A DNA stretch of 63,890 nucleotides, the filler included, from Octopus bimaculoides (lineage: Eukaryota), in assembly GCF_001194135.2 (NCBI RefSeq). It is 9 parts of 9 records of this genome, joined end to end, with 100 filler letters (N's around TTAATTAATTAA, not from the genome) between each part and the next. Parts side by side here need not be neighbours in the genome. Positions count along the whole stretch, not along the records: positions 19,061 to 44,723 come from NC_068990.1; positions 44,824 to 48,384 come from NC_068983.1; positions 48,485 to 50,521 come from NW_026329819.1; 6 more parts are not named here. One strand, written 5' to 3'. The first letter of the stretch is position 1, and each line of letters opens with the position of its first letter. Made by a program: the position numbers and the translations under genes. A model generated the notes under the pieces. That model ran no database searches. It saw nothing but the letters and a program-made list of their open reading frames with translations, and had not been told where the DNA came from. Positions 37,976-48,906 of the stretch are shown piece by piece.

Positions 37976-38469
37976 CTATCTTGTGAATATAATCAATCAC
38001 ATTCACAAAATTGATGGCCTTGAAACTAAAGTACAAACGATTATGTTCTGAGTTCAAATCCTGCCGAGGTCAACTTTGCCATTCATCCTTTTCAAGTCAA
38101 TGAAATAAAAAATCAGTCAATTACTGGGGTGTGGTGAGATGCGATGCAATCGACTTGCTCTTCCCCACTCAAAATTGCTGGCTTTGTGCCAAAATTAGAA
38201 AGTATTATTATTAAAGACATGTCTGAAATAGCATGGCAATTATTCCCACAGTGATTTATGCTGACAGTTAATCAATCAATCAATCAATCAATCAATGATA
38301 CATCTTCGGTTAACAGTTAAGTCACTCATGGCTATGCTTAGCATTTCTACATTTGAAGAATACTTGTTAGCTCTTGCTTTGAATATATGCACATATTACA
38401 GAACTATATATCTGAGGTCTTTATTTTCCTTTATGTTTTTCATAAAGATTAGGATGTATAAAATAAAGA

Positions 38470-39140
38470 TTATTTGCTAACATAATGTGGCAGTCCCAGT
38501 TGGGGCAAATATTACTGTTATCTAGCTCCAGGAAACATTGTCTCCAGCTGACTATATGACACACTATCTGTGTCCTTATATTTTCAAGCAGGGGAGTTTA
38601 GCATCCTCACACAGCACAAAGCAATATCTGCAGACCACGGTTTCTGGGTTATTTCATTTCCTCGGCACAGAAAAACTGCCCAGCTAGAGGAGGCGTTGCT
38701 AAATCCTTGTTCGAAAATATATATAATTTTCAAAGTGACACATAACCACTGATCCAATAAATAGAAACATGATTATTTCTAAATCCTTCAATGAGAGACA
38801 TTCAGTAACAGTAATTTAAAGTAAAGAGTATTTGCCAACATAATTTGGCAGTCCCAGTTGGGGCAAATATTACTGTTATCTAGCCCCAGGAAACATTGTC
38901 TTCAGGTGGCTATATGACACACTATCTGTGTCCTTATATTTTCGAGCAGCACAAAGCAATATCTGTGGACCATGGTTTCTGCGTTATTTCTCTTCCGTGG
39001 CACAGAACCAGCTGGAGATGATGTTTTTTGGGGCTAAATAACAGTAACATTCTTCCTAACCAGGATTGCCATGTTATGTTGGCAAATAGTCTTTACTCTA
39101 GAGTACTGTCACTGAATGTCTCTCATTGAGAGATTTTGAA
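38470..39140. mobile_element. Repeat with ~200-bp direct duplication plus ~60-bp inverted arms (Penelope-like arrangement)
   Basis: 38475-38680 matches 38833-39020; 38787-38842 is the reverse complement of about 39074-39131. Confidence 0.55.
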
Positions 39141-39599
39141 CTAATAATGTTTCTATTTCTTAGAATGTATACTTAGAAAGAAAATCTATTGCGCATAAAC
39201 AAAACTTTATATAAGACACTTGTGCTTGCCCCTCTCATATCTTTTACTCTCTCAATACCTGGCATAAAGTCACCCCCTATTCTCAAATACCCTCCCCCCA
39301 TTTCTCACACTTAGTCAAGGTGGTGGAGTTTCTGTTCTTTTCCTGTCTTGCAAATTACTTGGTGATATCACTGTTGTCATCTTTGTCGTCGTTGTCGTCA
39401 TCGCCGTCGTCGTCGCTGCCGTCGCCGTCATTGTCGTCGTCGTCATCAACATCTCTTAATTGATGCAGACAGTTTCTGGAGTGCAGCTCTTGATGTTTTA
39501 TTAGTTAGCTGTTGCCACTGATCTCTGTTTTCTGCACTGTGACCTGTCCAAGGGAGTTGTGGTACGACAAATGACCATACCAGACAAGTTTTTGTCTTT

Positions 39600-39900
39600 T
39601 TTACCTGCGCCAGGAGTGGTTCCTGTCTGCCAGTATATTTGTTGACTTGCTGCCAGACAAAAGCTGTTTGTTTTGTGCTCTGTGTATGGGATGTGAAGTA
39701 GCCTCATGAAGCACTTGTTCTCAAATGCACAGTAAAATGTTTGGTATTAGAAAGGGCATCCAGCCATAGAAACTATGCCAAAGCTGACAATGGAGCTCGA
39801 TGCAGTTCTGCAGCTCATTGTATCTTGTCAAACTGTCCAACCCATGCCAGCATGAAAAACGGACATTAAATGAGGAAGATGATGATGATGATGATGATGG
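39600..39900 (+). mobile_element. RTE-type 3' tail repeat ending in (GAT)n
   Basis: GTATTAGAAAGGGCATCCAGCCATAGAAAC...CCCATGCCAGCATGAAAAACGGACATTAAATGAGGAAGATGATG. Another copy at about 40105-40370. Confidence 0.75.
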
Positions 39901-40509
39901 TGGTGGTTGTGGTGGTGGTGGTGGTGGTATAGCAGATGTCAGAGATTGATTCATTATTCTGTTATTATATCATCTTGTTTCGGGATGAGGGTAGCTTAGT
40001 TGGCTAAGACAAATGACTGACAGGAGTAACATTCATATCTGGTTACCAACATTTCATTGTCCATAAGCAAGAGATGCCTGTATGTGTATATGTGTGTGTG
40101 TGTGTGTGTATCCTTGACTTGATATCACGTGATGGTTGTAAATGAGCGTAACCATTATACAAGCAATGTTATTTGTTTCCATTCTTCTGAGAAAAACATG
40201 TCTGTTTCAAGGGAATTATACCTTGCTTGGAAACAGGTGAGGATTGGTGACAGGAAGGGCATCCATCCATAGAAGTCTGCCTCAACAAATTCTATCTGAC
40301 ATAAGCAAGTATGGAAAAATATGATAATGATGATGATGAAAATGATGATGATGATGATGATGAGGAAGTATGGATAGCATGTCTGTTTATTTATCTGGCA
40401 TAAAATTGTAGAGAAAAAAAACAAAACAAAACAAAAAAGACAAAAGACAGGCAGCTGAGGGAATGACAAACAAGGCGTATTAGCTTGATGCTCGAGAGAA
40501 ATGGAAGAG

Positions 40510-40547
40510 TCTTTGATGTTTTGAGCGTATGCTCTCCTACAGAAAGG
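40510..40547 (-). ncRNA. Degenerate hammerhead-like motif H5 (CUGU family)
   Basis: CCTTT-CTGTAGG-A-GAGC/ATAC/GCTC-AAAA-C-AT-C-AAAG. Stems are retained but core positions 9, 12 and 16.2 are mutated. Confidence 0.35.
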
Positions 40548-40870
40548 AACGAGGAAAGAAAACAGATGGAGGAAGGAAAAAAGGAATGAAATATGGTACT
40601 TTATCATATTTACAAATGCTTTCTGGTCAAGACAACATGCCTTCTTTCATCTACCTTTCAGGAAATTTTTAACTAAGCTTTTGTAGGAAAGATATGTACA
40701 AATGTTAGTCATCGTATACCGAGGTAGATTTATCCTTCATGTACTTATGATTATAGAAGCTAAAGTTTTAAGCATTGACATAACTGAGTTTCTTTATAAT
40801 TCATGAATGTATTGATTTATAAATGTCATTTTATATGACAAAATAACTTATTGAGTTTTATTTATCATAG

Positions 40871-40932
40871 TTTCAGATCTTTCAAGTAGTAAACCTGCAT
40901 GTTTAGAGGAGAGCAGCAACAGAAGGCTTCAA
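40871..40932 (+). CDS. Coding exon of the same gene (phase 1 to phase 0)
   Basis: TTTTATTTATCATAG acceptor (alternative in-frame TTTCAG at 40876), CAA|GTAAAT donor; (V)SDLSSSKPACLEESSNRRLQ. Confidence 0.6.
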
Positions 40933-41676
40933 GTAAATATGATTCTTCAGTATTTTAACTGCTATTGTTGTTGTTTAACCCCGGGTTAGTCCTGGTCAAG
41001 CAGACTTTCTGATCAAAAACATTCTACCCATGACTATCTCTTATCTTCGGTATAGAAATCTCAAAAGACTGAAACAAAAATTTAGAAATGTAGTTCTTTT
41101 TCTCTTATATATGGATAAATGAAGGTGCGTGGCTTAGTGGTTAGGGCATTCGGCTCACGATCATAAAGCACTTCCCTTCCACTATAGCCTTGAGCCAAAC
41201 AAAACCTTATGACAATAAATTTTCAGTTATTCAATCAATAAAACACCCTACTTAATGAATTCATGTGTAAATGGCTGAATACTCCATTGATACATCTACT
41301 TCTTATATAATTTTCAATCAGTATCACCGTGACACAGTATAAGAAAGATGGAACCATAAATTAAATTGAAAGTGTAATACATTCAGGGGGCTTCTACACA
41401 GTTTCCTCCCAACTTAAATTTCCTCATGAAGCTTGGATCAACCTGAGATTGTGCCAAAAGATGTATGCATAAGATGCCGCACAGTGGGGTCAAACCAAAG
41501 ACTTTATGATTGTAAATTAGACTTTATAAGCATTTGGTTACTGTAGAAAACACTCAATGTATTGTGGGTTCAGTTTCCACTGTGTGACATGTCTTTTATT
41601 CTTGCTCTGGGCCAACCAAAGCCAGGTGAGTGGGTTTGGTAGACATTAAATGAAAGATGTCCATTGTGTATATTAT

Positions 41677-41714
<38 letters not shown>

Positions 41715-41724
<10 letters not shown>

Positions 41725-43254
41725 CCATGCAAATAGCTTTGGAGTGAAATTTAAGATTTCTTGGTTTCTGTGAATCAATTTTGATGAAACATTTCCCAGC
41801 TGGTTTGCAACACTATGGCAGCACCATGGCAACACTATGGCAACACCATTGTTATGGTTTCATTATTCTGTGTAATGCCCTTTCCTTTTTATTTCAGATT
41901 CTTCAGTTTTTGGGTGAACCACGCTAACAGAGTCTCTCCTCTCTAAGAACAATGGGACATGGAAAAGGTCTTAATGATGAAGAAAAGTCTGTCATCATCA
42001 AGGAAAGTGGTAAAGGCATCTCTCTTCATGTCATTGCAGAGGAATTAGGTTGTCATGTGGATACGGTTAGATGATTCCTGAAGGAACTTTTGCCAAGGAA
42101 GAAACGATCCGATTGTAGGACCTCCGAGATGGTGACAGCTAGGGATTTAAGGAATATTGGCTGCAAGGTACTTGGGAAACCTGGACAAATAAGCAAAGCT
42201 ATTTTCACCACCTCTGAACTTCCTCATGTATTGAAAACAACCAGAAATCACAGCCTTGGGATCATGGCTTCCATGCGAGAACCCCTAAAACTGTCTCCTC
42301 ACAAGAGTTCATGGCTTCATTGGACCCAAAAGTACAGGATGTTAGACATGAGTTGTGTTCTATTCACTGATGAAACCAGGGTGACTCTTGATGAACCTGA
42401 CAGTTTGGAAAATGGTTGCGTCTATTTTGGAGACGATCATCACCAACGTTTACGATGTCAACAACAGGGTAGAGGTGTCATGTTGGAGGCTGATATCATT
42501 GGGGACAGACTTGTTGGCCCAGTCAGGGTTTCTGAAGGGGTTAAAGTAACCACAGCTGCTTACTGCAATCCCCTGAAGGAGGTCTTAGATCCCTGGCTAG
42601 ATGACATACCACTGTCACTTTTAAGAGATTTTGTATTCATACATGACAATGCTCCCTCCCACTCTGTTAGGACCACCCAAACACAACTAGGGTCTTACAG
42701 CATACATGGTGAAAGGTTGATGGTGTAGCCACCAGCATTTCTGGTCCATCATTAAACAAAATGTTTATGCTGATGGACGCCAATTTATGTTGAAAGGTGT
42801 CTTATGGGTGACCATCAAAGCTGCAGCAGAAGCAATCCAACCTGCTACTAGTTAGAAATTGACAGATTCCATGACTAATCGAGTTTTTGAAGTTATCCAT
42901 CGAAATGGTGCTCGTGTGGTAAAATAATTCATTATGTCAATAAGTGTTATAACATTATTATGGACTTCTGCTAAGTATATACTCAATGTATGCTTAATAT
43001 GTATCATTAGCCTTCATTTTCTGAAAAACAAATGTCTAGATGGGCTATTTTCATTTGAAAGCTTTTAGCATGGTTCACCCAAAAACTGAAGAGTCTGAAA
43101 TGAAAAAGAAAGGATGTTACACAGAATAATAAAAACATAACAATGGTGTTGCCATCGTGTGCAAACCAGCTGGGAAATGTTTTATCAAAGTTTATTCACA
43201 GAAAACCAAGAAATCCTAAATCTTACTCCTAAGCTATTAGTATGGTTCTGGGTG
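41715..43254 (+). mobile_element. Tc1-like DNA transposon with ~200-bp TIRs, decayed (probably DD37E/TRT group)
   Basis: 41723-41927 is the reverse complement of 43066-43247. The right end abuts TA at 43255-43256; the left end is obscured by (CA)n. Confidence 0.9.
41952..42927 (+). pseudogene. Tc1 transposase pseudogene
   Basis: N-terminal HTH (ISLHVIAEELGCHVDTVR), VLFTDETRVTLD, RCQQQGRGVM, FIHDNAPSH. Contains stops, a frameshift, and a deletion of the SPDLNPIE block after *PPA. Confidence 0.9.
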
Positions 43255-43588
43255 TATATTATATATATATATGTATATATATATATTATATAAAGGATGA
43301 AATCATTCATGATTTCATCAGGTGGTCAGCACGAAAATAAAAACCATATAAGTAAATTTTCTAAATATATTAATGATTATATACATAATTATAACAGGGG
43401 ATCAGCAATATGCCTCACCATGCACTGAAAATACATGCCAAATGATGCTAAAATCACCTTATAAAACTCCGCAAACACAGGTTGTAGTCAAGCAAAAGAA
43501 AGATAATAAATTAAACTCTCGGCAAATCGTGTATAAGATCTCATTTCAGGCTTAAAGTAAAAAATACTTACTGCCATCTTCAGCATAG

Positions 43589-43632
43589 ATACTCCATAGT
43601 ATAAATACAGAAAATCTGTGCAAAAGAGGGCA
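43589..43632 (+). CDS. Candidate further exon (phase 0 to phase 2)
   Basis: CATCTTCAGCATAG acceptor and strong CA|GTAAGTAT donor; ILHSINTENLCKRG. Phase-compatible with 40932. Confidence 0.35.
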
Positions 43633-43650
43633 GTAAGTATCTTTTACTTT

Positions 43651-44333
43651 TGTGGTGCGATGGAGGAAGAAGACAACAAGAAGCAAAAGGACAGAATGAA
43701 GCGTTGGACCTTACCTTGCCGACCGCAGCGGGGTACACGATCGCTCCTAATCAGAACACGTCTTTCTCATAACGTCGCTGTTTTCTCACTGGCCCCACGT
43801 GCTAGCCTTCGGCCGCGTGTCACCGACTTCCGATCTGACCCTTCCGGTTTGGCCCTTCCANNNNNNNNNNNNNNNNNNNNNNNNNNNNNNNNNNNNNNNN
43901 NNNNNNNNNNNNNNNNNNNNNNNNNNNNNNNNNNNNNNNNNNNNNNNNNNNNTAATCAGCCAACCAGGGAGGAGGGTACCGCTCCCTCTGTGGTCGCTGT
44001 GCGACCCCGGGACTGGCCTGAGTTCCTGGCGCGCTACCTTCATCATCTTGCCTACTGCTGCTGTCTTCATCATCCTGCCCACTGCAGCTGGTTCCATCCT
44101 CTGAAGCACTGACAATCTTCCGCACATCCAAAACATGGCGTGGCATACCATCGACTGAGACGTTGTTTTTTGAATTGATGGAGGTTATAGTTCCTTTCCC
44201 CCATTGTGATGTGCACCGTGCATTTGGGGGTTTTACCCAAACTTCTTTCCGGATCTGCACGAAGGTGTGCTCTTCTTCTCCCTGGAATCGCATTGATGCA
44301 ATACACGGGTGCCTCCACTCGTACCTGAATATT
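43651..44333 (-). mobile_element. Ty3/Gypsy retrotransposon: integrase C-terminus plus 3' LTR, gapped
   Basis: EVWVKPPNARCTSQWGKGTITSINSKNNVSVDGMPRHVLDVR...RPQRERYPPPWLAD is a typical integrase tail. The downstream GC-richer block ends in CACCACA at 43651. Confidence 0.75.
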
Positions 44334-44433
44334 NNNNNNNNNNNNNNNNNNNNNNNNNNNNNNNNNNNNNNNNNNNNNNNNNNNNNNNNNNNNNNNNNNN
44401 NNNNNNNNNNNNNNNNNNNNNNNNNNNNNNNNN

Positions 44434-44723
44434 CCTCTGTTTGCGTCCTTGTGCCTTTGTTTGCGTCCTTGTGTCTCTGTTTGTGTCCTTCTGCCTCTGT
44501 TTGCGTCCTTCTGCCCCTGTTTGCATCCTTCTGTCTATGTTGGCCTCCTTCTGCCTCTGTTTTTGTCCTTGTGCCTCTGTTTGCGTCCTTGTGCCTCTCT
44601 TTGCGTCCTTCTGCCTCTGTTTTTGTCCTTGTGCCTCTGTTTCCGTCCTTCTGCCTCTATTTCCGTCCTTGTGTATCTGTTTGCGTCCTTGTGCCTCTGT
44701 TTGCTTCCTTGTGCTTCTGTTTG
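44434..44723. repeat. Minisatellite, 20-bp unit (TTGCGTCCTT(G/C)TGCCTCTGT), about 14 copies
   Basis: Directly visible periodicity between two gaps. Confidence 0.95.
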
Positions 44724-44823
44724 NNNNNNNNNNNNNNNNNNNNNNNNNNNNNNNNNNNNNNNNNNNNTTAATTAATTAANNNNNNNNNNNNNNNNNNNNN
44801 NNNNNNNNNNNNNNNNNNNNNNN

Positions 44824-44865
<42 letters not shown>

Positions 44866-45291
44866 GAAGCATAATATATGGATTCATATAATCGTGTAGT
44901 GATACAAAAAAGCTCCTTTAATGGACCCGACTACACACCACATAGTAAACCGTAGGAGTATAATGTAGAGTCCTAAGCAGTTGAAATCTAGTGAATCCAA
45001 TCTGTAAAAATTATTTCATAAGGGGTATATAGAACATAAAGAAATTCAGGAGGTGCTATTCAGAAGGTGTGAGATGAATACATTTATTTCACCAGTTGAT
45101 ATCCATAAGATGACGGCCACTGTGCACCAAATATCGCGCAAAGATAATTTACTTTTAGAGGATAATAAATTATTTTACATGTCAGCGCTTGTATGCGTGA
45201 TATAGATTGCATAGTATTATTTTACACTTTACAAAACAATGCAGATATAGAAGGCTAGCCTTTCCGATCGACAGAATCTTGTATTACATCA

Positions 45292-45322
<31 letters not shown>

Positions 45323-45332
45323 NNNNNNNNNN

Positions 45333-45688
45333 CTCACACCCGACCCGCCGTTTCCCATCACCTACCACCCCTCCACCCTTCCCCTGCCCCTCCAACTCAC
45401 CATTCTCCGTGTCTTCGGCGAATCCAGTCCGACTCCTTCACCTCGCACATCTTCCTCAACCTACCCCTTCTCCTTTCTAATTTTTTTCTAATCATTTGCC
45501 ATGCTTGACCGCTAACCTACAAAATTTTTTCTTCATTCTCTCTTTGTTTATTTTCTCTTGTTCCTTTCTGTTGAAGAGCGTAGGCTCGAAAGGTAAAAGA
45601 CATTTTCATTTTCCTGAGCGTCAAACTAATACACTTGTTTGTTGTTCATACACCTGTCTTCGTCTTTTGTTTTGCTATAAATTTCAAC

Positions 45689-45690
<2 letters not shown>
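45333..45690 (+). mobile_element. Penelope-like 3' region/terminal repeat
   Basis: C-rich segment followed by the repeat shared with 20630-20810 and 40420-40570. Confidence 0.6.
45564..45599 (+). ncRNA. Hammerhead-like motif H6 (CUGU core variant)
   Basis: CTTT-CTGTTGA-A-GAGC/GTAG/GCTC-GAAA-G-GT-A-AAAG: 4-bp stems I and II, GUA triplet; position 15.2 mismatched. Confidence 0.5.
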
Positions 45691-45721
<31 letters not shown>

Positions 45722-45786
45722 GTGTTACGATATTACGATCGCTGCCATAAACAGTCTTCTACATATCTAATTACTCTTCACACATA

Positions 45787-45831
<45 letters not shown>

Positions 45832-48134
45832 CATACATATATGCTGATATACATAATATGCATACGTATGTGTAGTTATATGTGTATGCGTGCAAGGATT
45901 TTGAGTTAAAGCAATTGTTTCTGTGAGTGATATAATGCATCTTGATACATGTATGCATTTAATAATGAATGCATGTCCTGATGTTTGTATACATACATTT
46001 ATGTATGTGCGTTTGTACGTTTGCATAACATTAAAGAAAAGAGAGACAATAAGAAGGTAGGCCAAGATAGAGAAAAGTGCTTTGAGATATGTATTCTTAA
46101 CTCATACGTTTACCAACGAAGACTTCATTGCACTAAAGCAATATTTCTTCACATTTCTTACTCGTTTCAACGCAAATACTATTTGTCGACCAATCACGTT
46201 TATCATTATTCAACCAATCTTTTGCTTTGAGGCTTATTTGGAGAAGAAAAAAAATGCATTATTAATTTACCTTTCATTCTAAGCGCATTACTTTCCTATG
46301 AAACAATTAAAGGGATTATTATTGTTATTATTATTATTATTTTCATTTTTGTATGTGTTTGTGCATTTTCTTTTTTTCCTTTTTTTTTTTGTTGTATGAT
46401 TCATTTGATTACTTCGATTTTCTTTCGAGCAATCTTCTAGAATTATTGCGTGCAAGTAAGACGTTTGTTCCGTAAAAAAATATTTTATATCATCCACTGG
46501 TTTACAACGAAATTACTTGCTTAAATGAATCATCCGATTCAACTATCTTTCTGTCTTCAACAGAAGATTCCTTTAAAACTTCAACAGTAGTTGTTTGATG
46601 TTGTTGTTGCAGTTGCTGTTTAATGCTGTTGTTGTTTATTGTTTTATCATCTAGTTCTACCTACTTTATTGTGTCCAGGTAAAAAGAAAAAAATACTTTT
46701 ACTTACAAGCTATTAAAGCGATATAAATATAAACATAGTGTACTCTATTATGTACTTATTCTTATCTTTAATTTAGAATATTTTTTTTACTATTGCTTTT
46801 AATATTTAGTACCTATGACAATCTTCATTGCGAAGACACATAATCAAAGATGTATTGGCAATAACCATCCCATCTTTTTGATATGTATAGGACTACATAA
46901 TCCGCTGATTATTTTTAAGGATACCTTGGTTGAGGTGTGAGCGATTGTGGTTGCTAATTCTAGCAAGCCTAATGACCGTAGATTATCCTCTGCTTGGAAT
47001 GTTTTGATTATGACTATAATATACTGGGCAATATAACCTCGAATCTTTTTCGGTTTAGCATATTTCAGAGTTCAAACTTGGTGGCATTTTGTTCAGCTTT
47101 ATCAGGTCACCGAACTTCCACTCTTTGCATCATTCCCGAATGCTATTGTACTGAATATGTCAAGGAATTTTCAGCAGTAAATTCGAAAGTTGTTCCCCTT
47201 CCCTTTCTTTCATGTAATAAATTCAGCCAGCAAGGTTTTCTGCAAAGAATCAAAAATAAAATCATGAAGCATATACACTAAACGCTCTAACACATACATC
47301 CATCGAACACTCTGACTAATACTTTATTTTATTGACCTCGGAAAGATAAAAAGTAAAATTGACCAGAGGAAAACTTGAACTCAGAACGTAAACAACCGGA
47401 AAACACCGCAAGCGATTTTTGTCAAAATCTCCATTGATACTAGCAGTTCTCTGTGAGATATAAAGAGAACCAATAATATTACTACTGTTTCTTAAATATT
47501 CGAATCAAAGAGAAATTGATTTCTTACGAAAGTTGTATAGCAACTAAAGAGAGAATTTTTTTAACTTAGATCATACTACACTACTTAAAAAATGTTTTAT
47601 TGATAATGTATTATGGAATTATGCTTTATTACATCATTTAATCTAAATAAACGAAGTCTGAGTCAAAATATGGTTATTATGAATCAGATGTGTACTTAAT
47701 GCAAGACGAGCAAATGAGGGAGTCACATTGCGGATACTCATAGTGATGACCTGGCTGTCTGGTCTCTCTAAAATCAAGTACTATCGTCTTTAAAAAAGGC
47801 ACACGTTCTGAAATATGAATTGAATTGGAAGTTGAAATAGTCATGGGTGGAATGTCTAAGATCATAAGTCTGCTGAAGTTTTTACCTTAAATAGGATTTT
47901 TCTCTTTAAGTGAAGTGGTGAAGTGTCATCGGAAAATTCTTTAAGTGCAGATGGAATTAAGAATTAATTCATTTATATAGAATTATTGATTCCATACTTG
48001 CTCTGGTTAAAGTTTTAACTTGTATTTCCGTAGGACAAAAGAAAATTAGTTTAATGAGATAAAGGATCTTGTTTGGATATTTGTATTCTCATGATTTCAA
48101 CATACATTCCCTTACATACATATATATAAACATG

Positions 48135-48180
<46 letters not shown>

Positions 48181-48484
48181 GTTTCAGCTTAGATCTGCGG
48201 CCATGCTGATGCACCACCATGTTGCTACACTGTTATTACAGGGAGCCTCTTACAATATGTGGCACTTGGTGAAGAATGGAGTTTGATTTAGCAACCCTCA
48301 TTTACACCTCCTGCCGCGAGGTAGGTTCATCTGGGACTCTCGATAGGAAGAGGTCCAGCTTTGATTTTAAAACTCCTACATCTANNNNNNNNNNNNNNNN
48401 NNNNNNNNNNNNNNNNNNNNNNNNNNNNTTAATTAATTAANNNNNNNNNNNNNNNNNNNNNNNNNNNNNNNNNNNNNNNNNNNN

Positions 48485-48848
48485 CACACTTTCGAGGGTG
48501 GCACATCATTGGCGGTACATATGGGGAGTCCAATGGCACACTTTCGAGGGTGGCACATCCTGAGCGGCACATATCGGGAGCCCAATGACACTTTCGGGGG
48601 TGGCACATCATTGGTGGCACACTCTGGGCGGCACGTATGGGGAGCCCATTGACACACTTTCGAGGGTGGCACATCATTGGCGGCACACCCTGGGCGGCAC
48701 ATATGGGGAGCCTAATGGCACACTTACGAGGGTGGCACATCATTGCCGGCACACACTGGGAGGCACATATGGGGAGCCCAATGGCACATTTTCGAGTGTG
48801 GCACATCTTTAGCGGCACATCATGGGTGGTATTTGTTTTCCTAACATT
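48485..48848. repeat. GC-rich minisatellite with 52-bp and 66-bp unit variants
   Basis: Recurring ACACTTTCGAGGGTGGCACATCATTGGCGGCAC...ATGGGGAGCCCAATGGC. Confidence 0.95.
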
Positions 48849-48850
48849 CA

Positions 48851-48904
48851 CCCTAACCCTAGGCCTAATCCTAACCCTAGCCCCAACCCTAATCCTAACC
48901 CTAG
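48851..48904 (-). repeat. Interstitial telomere-like array, 9 degenerate CCCTAA hexamers
   Basis: CCCTAA CCCTAG GCCTAA TCCTAA CCCTAG CCCCAA CCCTAA TCCTAA CCCTAG. Confidence 0.85.
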
Positions 48905-48906
48905 CC

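Noticed and set aside
48485-48848. Repeat units with variable interiors resembling a CRISPR array
   Set aside because: Interiors are variants of each other rather than unique spacers. The context is eukaryotic and there are no cas genes.
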